Below are positions 13,000-27,081 of a stretch of DNA of 64,000 bases, one piece after another. Source of the DNA: Macrostomum lignano (taxonomy: Eukaryota); the NCBI GenBank assembly GCA_002269645.1, contig NIVC01000736.1, forward strand, positions 310,001 through 374,000, given 5' to 3'. A program made the translations under genes and the position numbers. Each line of letters begins with the position of its first letter. Position 1 is the stretch's first letter. The notes below the pieces were generated by a model. It did not search any database. It was not told the origin of the DNA and saw nothing but the letters and a program-made list of their open reading frames with translations.

Positions 13000-14149
13000 T
13001 TTGTCTCTTAGTGAAACTTGGGTTCGGCCGGTAGCCAGCACTCCGCCAGACCCCAAGTTTCCAGAACTCCTTGAGGCCGAATTTCCGAGACAAAAAGGAG
13101 GCCAAAGCGGCAAAAATGTTTTCGACATCGCAGAAGCTGCCGGGATATCCTTATCAAAGCTGTAAGGCGGATGTCAGTCAGTCTGCGGCTCATTATCTGC
13201 CACCGGGCTGACACGCAACAAGCCCGACCGGCCATGGGAAACCGGCGGGGACCTGCGGGAAGTGAGGGGAGAGGGATATTATTTGGGGGGGCTGAAGGGC
13301 TCCCGGATCCGTGATGCTGTTGCTGCATCATCGGGAGGCTGCTGGGCTAACCGAAGCGGACCGCGACACGGCTTGCGTTGCCATGCGCGAGTCTGCAGGT
13401 GCCGTGTGAGGGTCTGCAAGGGTCTGAAAGCTGAGCCAAAATCCAGCAGGAATTCGAAATTCCACCGGCTGTTTGTGCTTGTCCAGCTGGTGTGGGAAAA
13501 GCAGCTCTTCGAAATTCCTAGGGGGAGCTGCCGCTGCTGCAGTGCGCTATGGAGCCGTGCTCGGGCTCCGTGCCCATTGCGCTGACTCCTGAGCAACATA
13601 CAAGCGCGCCAATACTGTAACAACAAGACAACTGACAACTGACAACAAGACATCAAGAACTCCAGATTAAATGCGGCACATCCCATGCAAGTCGGGCGGA
13701 CTTTCGAAAACCGTCCAATGAGTAATAATTCAACAACTATAATGAGTACACGACAGGATTCTTAATGAAGGTTGGCCGCCTTCGACTCCATGCCCAACTG
13801 ATACTGCAATTCACTTGTAAACAATGGATACTGTGAGCGTATCCTTTGCATTGATAACCCCTCTGGCTTCCTCTCCCTTCCTTCTAATCTTGCTCAGGCG
13901 CAGTGCTGCTTAGCCGCAAATAGGGTTCTACTTTGTTTAAGATTTGAGCAGGCTGGGTACTGAGCACCAGGACTGGGGACAACTCCTCAGTCCTCACCTA
14001 CCAGATCAACTCTTCTTTTACAGTTTGTTTTCATTTAATAATTGCTGCTCTACCTCTCGCATCTCTTCTCATATCCCCGTTCTCCTGTCCCTTCTCCTCC
14101 TCTCCCGTCTTCCCCCTCTCCCTCTCCTTTCTCCCCTATTCTCTATTCC

Positions 14150-14843
14150 ACTCCCTCTCCTATCTTTTCCCCTCCTTCTTTTTCCCTCTCTCATCTCTCC
14201 CCCATCCCTCTCTCCCTCTCTCATCTCTCCCGCTATCCCTCTCTCATCTCTCCCCTATCCCTCTCTCCCTATCTCATCTCTCCCCCTATCTCTCTCTCAT
14301 CTCTCCCCCTATCCCTCTCTCCCTCTCTCATCTCTCCCCCTATCCCTCTCTCATCTCTGCCCTATCCCTCTCTCATCTCTCCCCCTATCCCTCTCTCCCT
14401 CTCTCATCTCTCCCGCTATCCCTCTCTCATCTCTCCCCTATCCCGCTATCCCTCTCTCATCTCTCCCCCTATCCCTCTCTCATCTCTCCCCCTATCCCTC
14501 TCTCATCTCTCCCCCTATCCCTCTCTCCCTCTCTCATCTCTCCCGCTATCCCTCTCTCCCTCTCTCATCTCTCCCTCTCTCCCTCTCTCATCTCTCCCCT
14601 CTCTCATCTCTCCCTCTCTCATCTCTCCCCCTCTCCCTCTCTCCCTCTCTCATCTCTCCCCCTCTCCCTCTCTCCCTCTCTCATCTCTCCCCCTCTCCCT
14701 CTCTCCCTCTCTCATCTCTCCCCTCTCCCTCTCTCCCTCTCTCATCTCTCCCCCTATCCCTCTCTCATATCTCCCCCTCTCCCTCTCTCCCTCTCTCATC
14801 TCTCCCTCTCTCCCTCTCTCATCTCTCCCCCTATCCCTCTCCC
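14150..14843. repeat. CT-rich degenerate minisatellite (CCCTCTCTCATCTCTCCC core)
   Basis: Tandem pyrimidine-rich units of variable length. Confidence 0.9.
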
Positions 14844-15911
14844 ACCTGTGTCTGCCCCCCTCTTCCTACTCACACGTCAAGCTCAACCAGTCCCCATTCT
14901 CACACGCTTCCAGCCAGAGCTCCCTCATCCCATCTCTGCAATCGAATGAATTTGCTCGAACTGCATGCCGCAGTCCTCAATCCCCCATCCCAATCTACAA
15001 AACCCGAAAGCAGCAGAAATTGCAGCAATGCACACAGATTCGATGATTCTGACTGAATGACAGATTTAACATAAAGCGATAAAGTGTGGGACAGAGCAAT
15101 AGTATATTTTTTCCCTATTAATAACTTTGCACACAGCAGCAAGGGTAGATCAGAGATTAATAGACAGTGTCAGGAAACAATAAAAATGACAGCAGACACC
15201 GAAGAGTTTAATAATAAACAATAAGCAGAAGGGCGGATTAAAGCCATTGGTAAGAATAAGACAGATTAAATAAGCAAAACTGCTCAGTGCAAGTGCAGAC
15301 TTCAGTTGAGACTAGACTGGATCATCAGAAATACCTGAAGTAGCAAGATTGAGATTTTCTCGGTAAAATTTGCGCCAGCCATGGACCTCTTGACCAAATT
15401 GGACAGGCCGTTTTGTTTCTTAGTATTTCTTGTGAAGGCTCGCGTGGCGTACAGGCAAATTAAAACTCATCGCTCCCGCAGCTTGCAGTGGTCAGCAAAA
15501 GCATGAAGAAAAACGGCAGAGATTTCATTAGAAATGAGACGCACACGATTCAAGGCTTGCTACTGACAGTAATATAGATGCTAATATAGAGTCTACATCT
15601 ATGCAATATTAGATATCAGAGCATGCACAGCATATGCACAAGACTGATAGATAAAGTGTACAATGAAAACTTGCTGTAATACGCCCAGTATTGAAGCTTA
15701 ATCTCGTAGCACTGCAGACGTTTCTATTCTGTGCTCGATTTAATAATTTTAGTTCAATATTTTATTGCTATTAATTATTAATTAATTATGCCAGCCAACT
15801 AAGAGATGCGTCCTGAGGACTGGGGTCGCCTGCCCAGTGAGTCCCTAGGTGCAGGATACACAGCAGTATTACAGTGTAGCTCATCCAATATTCTACAACA
15901 GTTGCATGAAC

Positions 15912-16965
15912 AGGGGGACAGGAGAGAGACAGGGAGAGACAGGGAGAGACAGGGGAGAGAAAAGGGAGAGACAGGGGAGAGAAAAGGGAGAGACAGGGGA
16001 GAGAAAAGGGAGAGACAGGGGAGAGACAGGGGAGAGACAGGGGAGAGACAAATGAGAGACAGGGGAGAGACAGGGAGAGACAAGGGAGAGACAGGGGAGA
16101 GACAGGGGAGAGAAAAGGGAGAGACAGGGGAGAGAAAAGGGAGAGACAGGGGAGAGAAAAGGGAGAGACAGGGGAGAGAAAAGGGAGAGACAGGGGAGAG
16201 ACAGGGGAGAGACAAATGAGAGACAGGGGAGAGACAGGGAGAGACAAGGGAGAGACAGGGGAGAGACAGGGGAGAGACAGGGAGACAGGGAGAGACAAAT
16301 GAGAGACAGGGGAGAGACAGGGGAGAGAAAAGGGAGAGACAGGGGAGAGACAGGGGAGAGAAAAGGGAGAGACAGGGGAGAGAAAAGGGAGAGACAGGGG
16401 AGAGAAAAGGGAGAGACAGGGGAGAGACAGGGGAGAGACAGGGGAGAGACAGGGGAGAGACAGGGGAGAGACAGGGAGAGACAGGGAGAGACAGGGGAGA
16501 GACAGGGGAGAGACAGGGGAGAGACAGGGGAGAGACAGGGAGAGACAGGGAGAGACAGGGAGAGACAGGGGAGAGACAGGGAGAGACAGGGAAAGACAGG
16601 GAGAGACAGGGGAGAGACAGGGAGAGACAGGGGAGAGACAGGGAGAGACAGGGGAGAGACAGGGGAGAGACAGGGAGAGACAGGGGAGAGACAGGGAACA
16701 GGCGCGTAGCCAGAATTCACGTCAGGGGGGGCAGATGACCTCAAACGATCTCCGATGTTAGGGATAGAAGCAAAAAACAAAGGCAATAAAAAATTTCCCC
16801 CCTCCAGGGGGGGACATGTCCCCAGTGTCCCCCCCCCTTGGCTACGCCCCTGACAGGGAAAGACAAGGGAGAGACAGAGAGAGACAGGGGAGGGACAGGG
16901 GAGGGACAGGGGAGGGACAGGGGAGGGACAGGGGAGGGACAGGGGAGGGACAGGGGAGGGACAAG
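15912..16965. repeat. GA-rich minisatellite (GAGAGACAGGGG; GGAGGGACAGG after the MITE), interrupted at 16699-16852
   Basis: Tandem purine-rich 11-12-bp units. Confidence 0.92.
16699..16852. mobile_element. hAT-type MITE, 154 bp
   Basis: TIRs CAGGCGCGTAGCCA / TGGCTACGCCCCTG; exact 8-bp TSD ACAGGGAA at 16691-16698 and 16853-16860. Confidence 0.88.
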
Positions 16966-17223
16966 GAAGATGGGGTGAGGTAAAGTGACAGACAGGTAGA
17001 CAAGGCCTGGGAGACAGTCAAGTAAAGCACACCAGTGCCCCAAGGTTTCCAGTCATTAATAACGGCTGAAAGAAACCGTTCTCATAACTAAACACTGGAG
17101 GCAGCAGAAGTCGGTGCATATAATATATATGTTGTACTCATGGGCCATGGGCGTGCTCAAAGATATTTTCAGAGGTTCCGACGCATAATATTTGTTATGC
17201 TTGATTCTGTAAAACTGTAAAAT

Positions 17224-18916
17224 TCAACTGAACTTCTTCAGCGACTGGTTCTTCCTGAACTTGTACACCAGGCCGAAGAAGTTGGCGGGGCACTCCAGCT
17301 CCAGCGAGTGGCCGCACTCGTCCAGAATGTCCGACTGGCACACGTTGGGCAGCGACTTCTGGAGCTGGCCGGCCAGGGACACCAGGGATAGCTGAGGGAA
17401 TGGGTTGGAGGGAGACTGATTAATGGAATCGGTGATTTTTTCTATGAAACTGCCTTATTGTAAATCAATAAGATCGCAGCCAATCAGATTTCAGCTAATC
17501 AGATCGCATCGAATCAGATTTCAGCTAATCAGATCGCAGCCAATTAGATTTCAGCCAATAAAATTTCAGCCAATCAGATTTCAGCCAACTAGATCTCAGC
17601 CAATCAGATCTCAGCCAATCGGATTTCGGCCAATCAGATCTCAGCCAATCAGATTGCAGCTCACCTCGTCCTGCTTGCCCCAGATGATGTGCGTGGCGGC
17701 GGTGATCTGCTCGGCCAGGCGCAGCAGAATATTGCAGTTGGCCTCCTCGAAGCAGTTGGCCAGCAGAGCTCGGTGGAACTCCAGCTTGGGCAGTCGGTCC
17801 TCCAGCATGCCGGTGAGCACCTGGGAGGCCACCGGCACGGGCCTGTAGGCGCGGTGCCGCAGCGCCACCGTCAGCTCGTCGTAGCTGGCCGGAGCCAGCC
17901 AGCTGCTCAGGCGGTGCAGCAGCTCAGTGTTGGCCTCCTCGGTGGCCGAAGGCTGGCGCATCAACGGGGCGGCCACGGTGAGCAGGTCGGCCTGTTCAGG
18001 GTAGAGGGCCGCGTAGGCGCCAGCCACGCAGGCGCCCATGCTGTAGCCGATCACGTGCATCGGCTGCTTCTCGTAGCCGGCCGCGCAGACCAGGCTGCGG
18101 ACTCGGCGGGCCAGCGGCTCCAGGTCGAATTCTTCGGCCGAACTGGCCAGGCTGCCGCCGTGGCCGGGCAGCTCGACGGCCAGGCAGTGCTCGGCCTGCG
18201 GGTCGGGGCGGGGGGCATCCGGGTTCATCCAGGGCATGATCCAGGGTTCATCCAGGGGATGATCCAGGGTTCATCCAGGGCATGATCCAGGGTTCATCCA
18301 GGGCAAGATCCAGGGTTCACCCAGGGCATGATCCAGGGTTCATCCAAGGCATGATCCAGGGTTCATCCAGCACATTCGCACATTCCTCAAAAGTCCATCC
18401 AGGGCAATGGTTTAAGATTTACTAGCTTATCCTGGGCTTACTGGTGAGCTAATTTAAACCGCTCACCTGCGCGTCAATCAGTTCCACAAAGCTGTTCCAG
18501 CTGGACACGTCATCCGCCAGGCCGTGGATCAGCAGCATGGAGGTGCGGAACTTGTCAGCCCGGCCCTTCTCGGCGATGCGGTAGACTGTGCCGTCCAGCT
18601 GGATCTGGCGGCAGCGCAGGCCGGCCCGGCGGGTCTGCAGCCAGCGCAGCAGGCGGAACAGGTAGAGCGGGTGCTTGAACCAGAGCCAGGCGCCAACCAC
18701 CAGGCAGAAGTTGAGCAGGCCGAGACAGATTGGGTAGGCGATCTGCCAGGCTAGCCAGAGACCCGAGCTGGGCTCCCGGGGCGTGGAGCTCATCATGCTG
18801 GCGTGCCGGTCGGCGAATGAGTTGCCACTGTGGCCACTGCCAGCGCCACCACTGCGGAAAGATGATGGCCGGCCACTGCCGCCAAGCATGTCTTTGCCAA
18901 ATTCGTCAAAGTTCAT
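17224..18916 (-). CDS. ABHD6: ABHD6-like alpha/beta-hydrolase (monoacylglycerol lipase family); exons 18916-18467, 18195-17665, 17391-17224
   Basis: N-terminal TM segment, LLIHGLADD oxyanion motif, VELPGHG, nucleophile GYSMG, WGKQD (Asp) and CGHS (His) give a full catalytic triad. Phase-0 GT-AG junctions; ends ...YKFRKNQSLKKFS*. Confidence 0.87.
17466..17660. repeat. 15-bp minisatellite TCAGCCAATCAGATT in ABHD6 intron 2
   Basis: About 13 copies running up to the donor. Confidence 0.9.
18218..18410. repeat. ~23-bp minisatellite CCAGGGCATGATCCAGGGTTCAT in ABHD6 intron 1
   Basis: Tandem copies. Confidence 0.88.
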
Positions 18917-21900
18917 GGCAGACAGCTAACCTGGAATAGCTCTGAATTTGCTGAGCAGAAATGAAAGAATCATCAAAGCACTGCATGAGGCATATGCAGA
19001 GTAATTATTCCATGTTATGCAAAGGAAACATTTATAAAAGTTTTATAAATAATTGCTTAATAACCAAACTATGCTTCTTATTTTTATTTGATAGTGCCTA
19101 TCAATATTTATGTACCAATTAAATTGGCATATTGCCTAGATAGGTGTCATATTGTAATAAATAATAAATAATTATCTAAATTAACCTAATTATTAATAAA
19201 ATGCAATTTGATAGTTATTTGCACCTGTGATTAGGCACTCATTATTTCCACAGTACTGTATAAATAGTACTATTATTCAGGTAGAGTTGCTTGCTTGGCA
19301 AGTAATATAAATAGGAAGGCAAAAATCAAAATTATTTTAAATTAATTGAATGATGCATTTCACATGATACTGTGCATCTTTAGGTTTATTTTTGAGCAAA
19401 AGAAACGAGTGAGATTGGCAGTAAATGAATACAAAATTTTGGGGTATAAATTAAATCAATATTTGAAGTATATGTTTGTTAGTCCATAAGTCAAGGCGAA
19501 GTCCAGGGACAGGTTGATAGTGATATAGTTAGAAGTACAGAATGTACATCCAATGCCCTCTCCCTTAGAACACACGGAGAACATATCCTGTGCCACTGTG
19601 TTAGAGTTGAGTGTTGAGGTTGGGGGAATGAACTTTAATTTACAGCGCTTCAAGTATTTGCAGTTTGGAATTGAATAAGGATTGATATTGATATGATATA
19701 TATAAAATACAGCCCTTAAAATACTTAAGGGTTGCAAAACTGCCAAACTGGTACAAATTTTTGCCAAAATTAATAGTTAATACCCTGGTGCCAAAATGAT
19801 TTGAATCCATTGAACCTTGGGTTGCTTAATTTATACTAGAAGTTAGAGAAAGGAAAAAAAATAGAGTCTGAAGCCAAAGGAAAGGAATAATAACTACAGA
19901 CTTCAAAAATCAACCTAATGATAAATTAGACTATTGTCTTGGATCTAAATGCTGCCTAATAGGAATATACCTCTCAAATTTTTTAAACATTATCTTTTAT
20001 TTAACTTTGCAAATAGTTTCGACAACATCAATTTGACACAGAATATAGGCCCAGCAATATATACTTCTATCTAAAGGCATTTCAATTGTTAAATATTATC
20101 AAACTAAATCAAATGCTTTAAATTCAACGATAAAACTTCAATCAATGGCTATTGAAAATCGTTTTATTTACAACATAATGTAATCTCGAAATGTCATACA
20201 AACGGCATGTGCTAGCAAATATATATTTTATCATGTTCAATGCGTATACATCATAAATTACAACTTCCTTATGAGTTGTGTCCAGAAGCATATAATTTTT
20301 TCAGTAAAAGGGTCGTTCTCAAAGCTAGGTCACAACTTTTTGTTATTGCAAAAAAAGTTTATACATCGACCAATAATCGTACAAAAAAAATTATTTCGAC
20401 AATTTCTGTAAGAAGCTGCTACTAAAACCACAAGAAAACTTTAAATTGAGAAGAAATCAAGGCTATTTGTTATTCTTTGTTGCGGAAAATAAACGACAAA
20501 AATATTAAAGAGAAAATAAAATTTTCTTCCATTTTTATTTTAAATATGCAGTTAAATTTCTTTTGCAAAAATAAAAGAACAAGAAATTGACAAAGGAAAT
20601 GTTTTTGAGCACAGCATTTTGTTACTCTGCTCTAAATCCCAGACATTCAAAATTATCGTGTGCGAAAAAGTGCGAAATTATTATAGCACGCACTCGAAAG
20701 AACTTCGATCAGTTTAACTAATCACTGAATTAAGAAGTCTAAATAAGTCTTGGAAGGTTGAATTAAAAATCAAGTTTTCACTATGTATCTTTTCAAATGC
20801 AAGATGATTCGACAAATAAAGAATGTTCATTTTTACCTTGAATAGAATTGTTCATTTTTACATTAAATATAATAAAATCTAACTAATAATAGAAAAAGTC
20901 AGGGAACTATCCTTGAACACCAAAAAGCACATTGTGGATTTAATATCGACTGCATGTTCCTTAATAAAGGAATTCGGATACTAGTATATATTTGATTATT
21001 TGTAGCATAATTTCTGAAAACTATAACTTGCTTGATTTTACTTTAAGTACTCATTACATTAATACTTATACCAAAGCTACATGTACTTAAAATAAAAAAT
21101 TATAGTTACTTATTAGACATTTCACTCCAATTAACTTAAAATAATTCAAATTCATTTTAATTAATTCATTTTTTGAAACTTTTTGAAAACTAGACAAAAT
21201 TGAATTATTTCTGAATTATTGAATTGAATTACCAAAAACCTACTAGCTTAACTAAAATAGCAATTAGTCTTTAAGAAAAGATTTCACTTGTTAATTGAGA
21301 AAAATGAGGATGTGCGAGGTGTAAAAATGCGAAAGAGCATGCAGGAAACAGAGACAAACAAAAATGTAGGTAAAAGACACTGCACATGCACATAATATGA
21401 TAACCAGACATAATGCGCACACTGAAACACCAGTAGCAATGACGCCCAAGCTTTTGATGATCACAAGCGAAAAGGCAAAACCCAGCCATCAATCAAAGAA
21501 GTAGACTATAGCACGCATCTTGAGTGCATCACGCATTTTTTGCAGAGAAGCTCGAAAATTAACATTGTATTCTGTGCACAACAGGGTCTGCCGGGGGATT
21601 TGTGGGCACGCGGTCGCGGATACAAATCGGAGGAGTCGCTGACCAATCTGAAATTACAAGCTAGTACATGTAATTTTGTGTATTAATATATTTAGCCCGC
21701 TTTATTTATATGCTCTCGTCCGCCTCTCGTTAATGCATCCCCAGACTCATGCAATAATCAAACTTATGATCAAACTATGCATGGCTTCCGTCCCTCGCTT
21801 TGAATCTCTCACCTCCCCAGAGTTCCATCAACCTTACCGTAGTGGCTTCCTATGCAAAAATCATCCCTCCGCATCTTACACAGGCTACTTCAGGCTGTAG

Positions 21901-24900
21901 ACTGTACTACACTATTAATTAGTTGCGCTAAGGAATCTACATGTATTTGCTCGCAGCGCAGCGCGCTGCTCAAATAAGTTTAGATCTATCTAGATATTCT
22001 AGTAATTTCAGGTTTGTCCATAGACTAGAGCTCATGAGATGAGAATTCCATTAACTAGTACATTTAATATGAATGAACTGCGTGTGTGTGTGCTGTGCAT
22101 ACATATGTATAATATACGAGTAGCTCGTAGTTTATGGGCCAAATTATTGTGTGGCACAATTCTTGGCATCACTCAGCAGGCACAAGATGCAGTTAAGCAG
22201 CGCACGAAAATTCTACAAAAGAAATTGAGCCTGGTTGAGGTGATGCGAGGAGGCAGATCCACACAATCTCAGTGAATACACCAGACTGCACCAGATACAA
22301 GTCCAGTCGAATGTGCGCACTGGTCTAAGCAGCACACGCATGTCCTCCTGACAATGACGGCACCTAGCTTCGTCCAAGCCTTTGCCAGCGTCACTGACAG
22401 CGTCAATACTACCATGCAGTGCCACCTGCAGCACCGACAACAGCAATTCCTCCAGTTAGCCCACAACAGTGGCTAAACTGAGGGACAGGGAACCTACCCG
22501 CAGAAGACACACACATACACACACACAGCACCGGCAGCAGCACTCTGACAGCATAACCTAAAGCTCCATGAGCTCAGTTTTCAAGCATTGAAGAAGCAGA
22601 AGCAGTCATCTTGAATCCAGGGATCAGGAAGAGTGTTGCGTGTCCGACATGTGCTGTTTCCGTGGCAAAAGGTGATGGAGCAAATTAATCAACACTTACT
22701 ATCTAGCTCGTATTAAGACAAAAAAAACTGAGGCAAGCTGGGATTAAACCAAAGAAAATTTTTTACTATACTTTTTTACCATACTTTTACTATACTTCTA
22801 TAGTATAGTAGAGAGGTACTCTATTTAAATGCAGTAAGAAGTGAAACAAATTTATATATTTAATTATTAAATTAAATTAATTCAAGGTAAATAACTAATT
22901 TAACCAATTTATTAGGAGTATTTAATATTATAATAAATTGATTTTTATACCTTACACGAAATAAGCTCTACATTCATTTCTTAGCTTGGGGCCCATCTGT
23001 ATAAGGTCAGTTTCTTCAAAATGCTGATTAATTAATTAAGGCCTGTTGTCTTTAATTAAATTTATAAGGGCATCTTAGAAGTTAATATTACTATATAATA
23101 CATGTATAATATTATTACTATATTATAATAATATAGTTGCAATTTTAATGACTATTGAATAAGTCTAAATGCTTCCCCTATTGACTTTAAATATATGGTA
23201 TCTTTCCCTTCAGAAAAAATTAGCATAGAATGACTTGATGAAAACAAAAAAAATCATTTCGAGATACACATTTGCTGATCATTCAGGTCAAATTTCAAGG
23301 TCCAGTTTTGCACATGTTTCTCTGTAGCTTGGTTACAAGGATTCTAATAAAAATATAATAAATATGTCCAATGAACTAACTGATACATAGCCAAATTGAA
23401 GTATTTTCATAAACAAAAAAAATCATTTGCTCAGTTTACTTTACTGGATATCTGTGTAAAATTTCAGCTCAAAAGGTGCTCCATGGAGAATGCTAGTGTG
23501 GTTACAGGATATTTATTTTGTGCTTCAAAGTAGGAGTTTATTGCGATGCATGGTTGCTTTTAATTATTTTTATCAACAATAGTGCTCTATTTCATAACAA
23601 TTTTTTACAAAAAGATAATAAGACATGTTTTTCTAATTATCTGCATCAAAATGTATCATTTTAAGCGCACATTCTAGACGTCAGCTGAAAAATACATTTT
23701 GTGAGATGAGAAGAGGCTATCCTACCGGAAATGCTAGGCGTACAGTTAAGCGTCTATAAAATAATTTATAGCGCAGTTTATTAAGCTTTAAAAAAATCTT
23801 AAATTAAATTTATATAAGCTTTCATTTTAAATGTAATATAGCAAGGTTTCAACACAACAACAACTTTTTTTAGCTACAGACATCTTGTAGTAATCAAAAA
23901 TTAACATCGGTAAAATGATTGAATTTGAATTTTTTCATCGCTAATTATCGCTTAATACCTCCAGATGATTAAAAACACTTTTGCATGATAAAGTTCAACC
24001 CAAAAATTATCTTTATTCACAGATAAAAGTGTCCTATTATTTTCAATATGGCAGTAACAATAGTAAATGTTCGGAAAATTGTTAAAATTTTTGCTCCTCC
24101 TAGAATTTGCGAACGACCCAAAAGTATACTTTTCAATGCAAATAGCAACTTGAAAGATTAACATTTTTTAATTTCATACTAAACTACTAAAACAAAAGCA
24201 ATAAAATTAACTAGGCTAAGTTTTTAAAAACCTATTAAAAATCAGATCCCCTGCCTATGGTTTTAAGCAAAGGCTGCTGTATTTTCAATTATGGACTTAT
24301 AATTTAAAACGAATTCGAACAGTTTTGATTGCAAATTTTATTAGAAAAATCGTGCAGCTAAATATTGCAGGAATATGATTTCGTCGTTAACACCACTCAT
24401 CAATCATAATTCCACTGCAGTCATCACATGCAGTAGAAAGCTGGAGAAATTAGTAACTTCTAAAACTGTACTTTCAGTTTCTATATAAAATCTGTTGATT
24501 CGCCCATTTTCATGAAACTTGCTAGAAAATGATTTTGCCGCCTACGCCTCCTAGTAGGCCCTAGGCCTAAGGGCTAAGGCTTTTATTACTGAGCGAGAAA
24601 ATGTTGAAAAATCGATGAATAATTTACGTGTGATGTTTTTAGGACCTGCATACATTTATTTTTCTCCGATGTCTTTAGTCTTGTATCATAATTTAACATT
24701 ATATAAAAGTCCAATTCAATGACCAATTGTTGGCCTACATTTTAACTTTTGTTGCTAGGTGATCTCGAAAGATCAGGGATTAATAATTTTATACCTAAGA
24801 CTGCCAATAAGAGTACAAGAGAGCTCTATGCTGTATGCTTCTATTGAAAAATTATTGTTAGGGGTCATAGCCTAATGTAATAGTTTAATGTGGCACTCTA

Positions 24901-26186
24901 GTATACCAACTTTTTTAGACTTGATTCCAAATCAGTCACAGTCATTAGTTTAGGGGTTAGGCCATTAGGGTCATTTTTGGCAAAAATTCATTTTGTGAAA
25001 GTTATTTTAGCAAAAGGTCATTTTGGTAATATACATTTTAGCAAAAGCTATGTAAATATTAGTTTTTGTTATAATTTTTGAATACTTAGTCAATTTTAGA
25101 TTTTTAATATTTCTAGTATTATTTAGGTCAAACAGAGGGGGCTGTAGCCCAGCAGTAGCACAGCTGCTCTGGTGTGCCAGCAACCCAGACTCAATTCTAA
25201 GTGCAGTCACATTAATTTGGGGCTAAATTGGAATCTTGGCTTGGCTCTACTCGTGTAATTAACGGCCTTGAGAGCCAACCTCCCAAGGCGCAGTGAAGTG
25301 TACATGCCTAACGACAAAATAAAGTTAGGGCTACTGTACATTCCTGTGTGAGTGTGTGCCTATGTATGTATCTGCATGCTTTTATGCCTGCTCAGGGGAG
25401 TCAGCAGAATGGGCAGCAATGCCTCTCGCTGGTTGTGGTGCCTATGTTGCTTGAAGTATGCCAGGATGCACACAACCCCCCTGCCTCTAATAATAATAAT
25501 AGTTCAAACAGAATTTTTTGCAATGAAAGTCTAGAGATGCTGCTTAGGAGAATAACAATTTGTTAATTTTATTTTTGATTAGGGCTTTAGTAAAAGTCCA
25601 TTCTGTTTAAGCATCCTATTAAAGTTGTGCAATGATTTTTTTGCTGCCTTTTTGTCTGCTAACAGACAAAACAACTTTTCTAGCAGAAGAATCAGGTGTG
25701 GGTCCTAGAGTTTTTGTGGTCTGCAGTGAATAGACTTTTATAAGTTAAAACAAACGTGTAATTTATTTGTTTAAATAGAAATTATGAGTTATCTTTGAAA
25801 CAATTTTTGTACTTAACATGCATACTAAGCACAATTAATTATATATTAATGAACAATTCAAATCATTGTGCCAACAAATCTATATGCTATTAGGGTTAGC
25901 AAATGAGTAAAACATACCCTAGAGACTATCCATAGAGATCAAAGCACAATTGAAGTCAGATGGGCAGGCAGGTGGAGAGCCAGTGAACAAGTAAATTAAG
26001 AGCAAATTAATTAGTGTGACCTCAAAGAAATGCTGCAATTTTGGCAGACAAAATGACTTTTCATGAATATTAGCAAACAAAAATGTGGTAGACAAAATGT
26101 ATAGACAAAGTCATTGTCACACTGTGACCAAGCTATCTTCTTATCTAATACAATTTACTTCTTATATATTGTATATTATAGTCATA

Positions 26187-27081
26187 ATAATAATAATAAT
26201 AGTTACGCCCCATGCCAGCCACAGAAGTGGTCAAAAGGGGGGAGCATCAAATCGCGCGTTTTAGAGCTAGGTCTCTAATGTGCTTCACACCGGCTGCCTG
26301 GCTGGGTGCTCGCGCATCTTTAAAAAGGCAGTTGATGTAGCGGGCTGATTGTCCCTGGCCACGCCTGCACGGTCCCTGCAGTGTCCACAGCAGGATATCC
26401 TGCAGCGGCTCTGGGCAGTAAGCTTCAGCCCAGATGACATGTCTGGCCAGCCGCAGGCGCCACTGACTCAGCAGGGCAGAAGGCCGCATCAGGCCTGTGC
26501 GCTTGTATAGGGACTTGGTTGTCTCGCTGCCAGGGCCGCAGCAGGTACCAAAAGCGGCGCAGACTAGGGCCGCATATGCCGCATTGAGCTGTGCCTCAAG
26601 TGCCCCGGTCAGTGTCCAGGTCTCAGCATTGTATAGCAGGGCAGTCTCAACAACTGCCTGGAACAGCTGGGACCTGGCGCCATTGGACAGGGCCTCAGAG
26701 AGCAGCACCGCCCGCACAGATCAGAAGGCAGCCCTGAAGGCACTTCGGGAGTGCCGTCCTGGTGCCGTCGCCATCTCAAAGTTGAATCTCGGTGGGTAGA
26801 TCATGCGGCACTGTCATCACCTCGGTCTTCCTGGTGTTTATGATGAGACCAACCCTCGCCACCGCCGCAGTCAAGCCATCCAGCAGCCGTTGGGCGCCTT
26901 CGGCCGTCGAAGACAGCAGGGCGAGGTCATCTGCGTAGCCAAGGACAGACAGTTTCTTCTCTGGGTGCCATTTACTGGTGCGCCTTTGCAGCAGAAAGCC
27001 ATCCTCTGATGTCGGCAGGCCAGTCCTGAGCACCCAGTCCAATACCAGCATGAAGAGAAAGGGCGCCAGAGTCATATAGAG
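26187..27081 (-). mobile_element. 5'-truncated RTE-type non-LTR retrotransposon (RT C-terminal part), decayed
   Basis: LAPFLFMLVLDWVLR...LGYADDLALL...GLIINTRKTEVM, then LFQAVVETALLYNAETWTL. (TAT)n 3' tail at 26187-26201. 12-bp TSD ATTATAGTCATA at 26175-26186 and 27082-27093. Internal stop and deletion of the YLG region. Confidence 0.9.

Noticed and set aside
12173-13686. Several 60-135-aa GC-rich ORFs
   Set aside because: No recognisable motif or consistent exon chain; some overlap a MITE; likely noncoding DNA upstream of Tbx1.
21945-22005. Hairpin GCAGCGC-AGC-GCGCTGC followed by CTAG (Helitron 3' end?)
   Set aside because: Spacing is atypical, and no 5' TC end or second copy is identifiable.
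22039-22480. GC-richer patch with short ORFs in the AT-rich island
   Set aside because: No family motif recognised; possibly an old transposon fragment, but unsupported.
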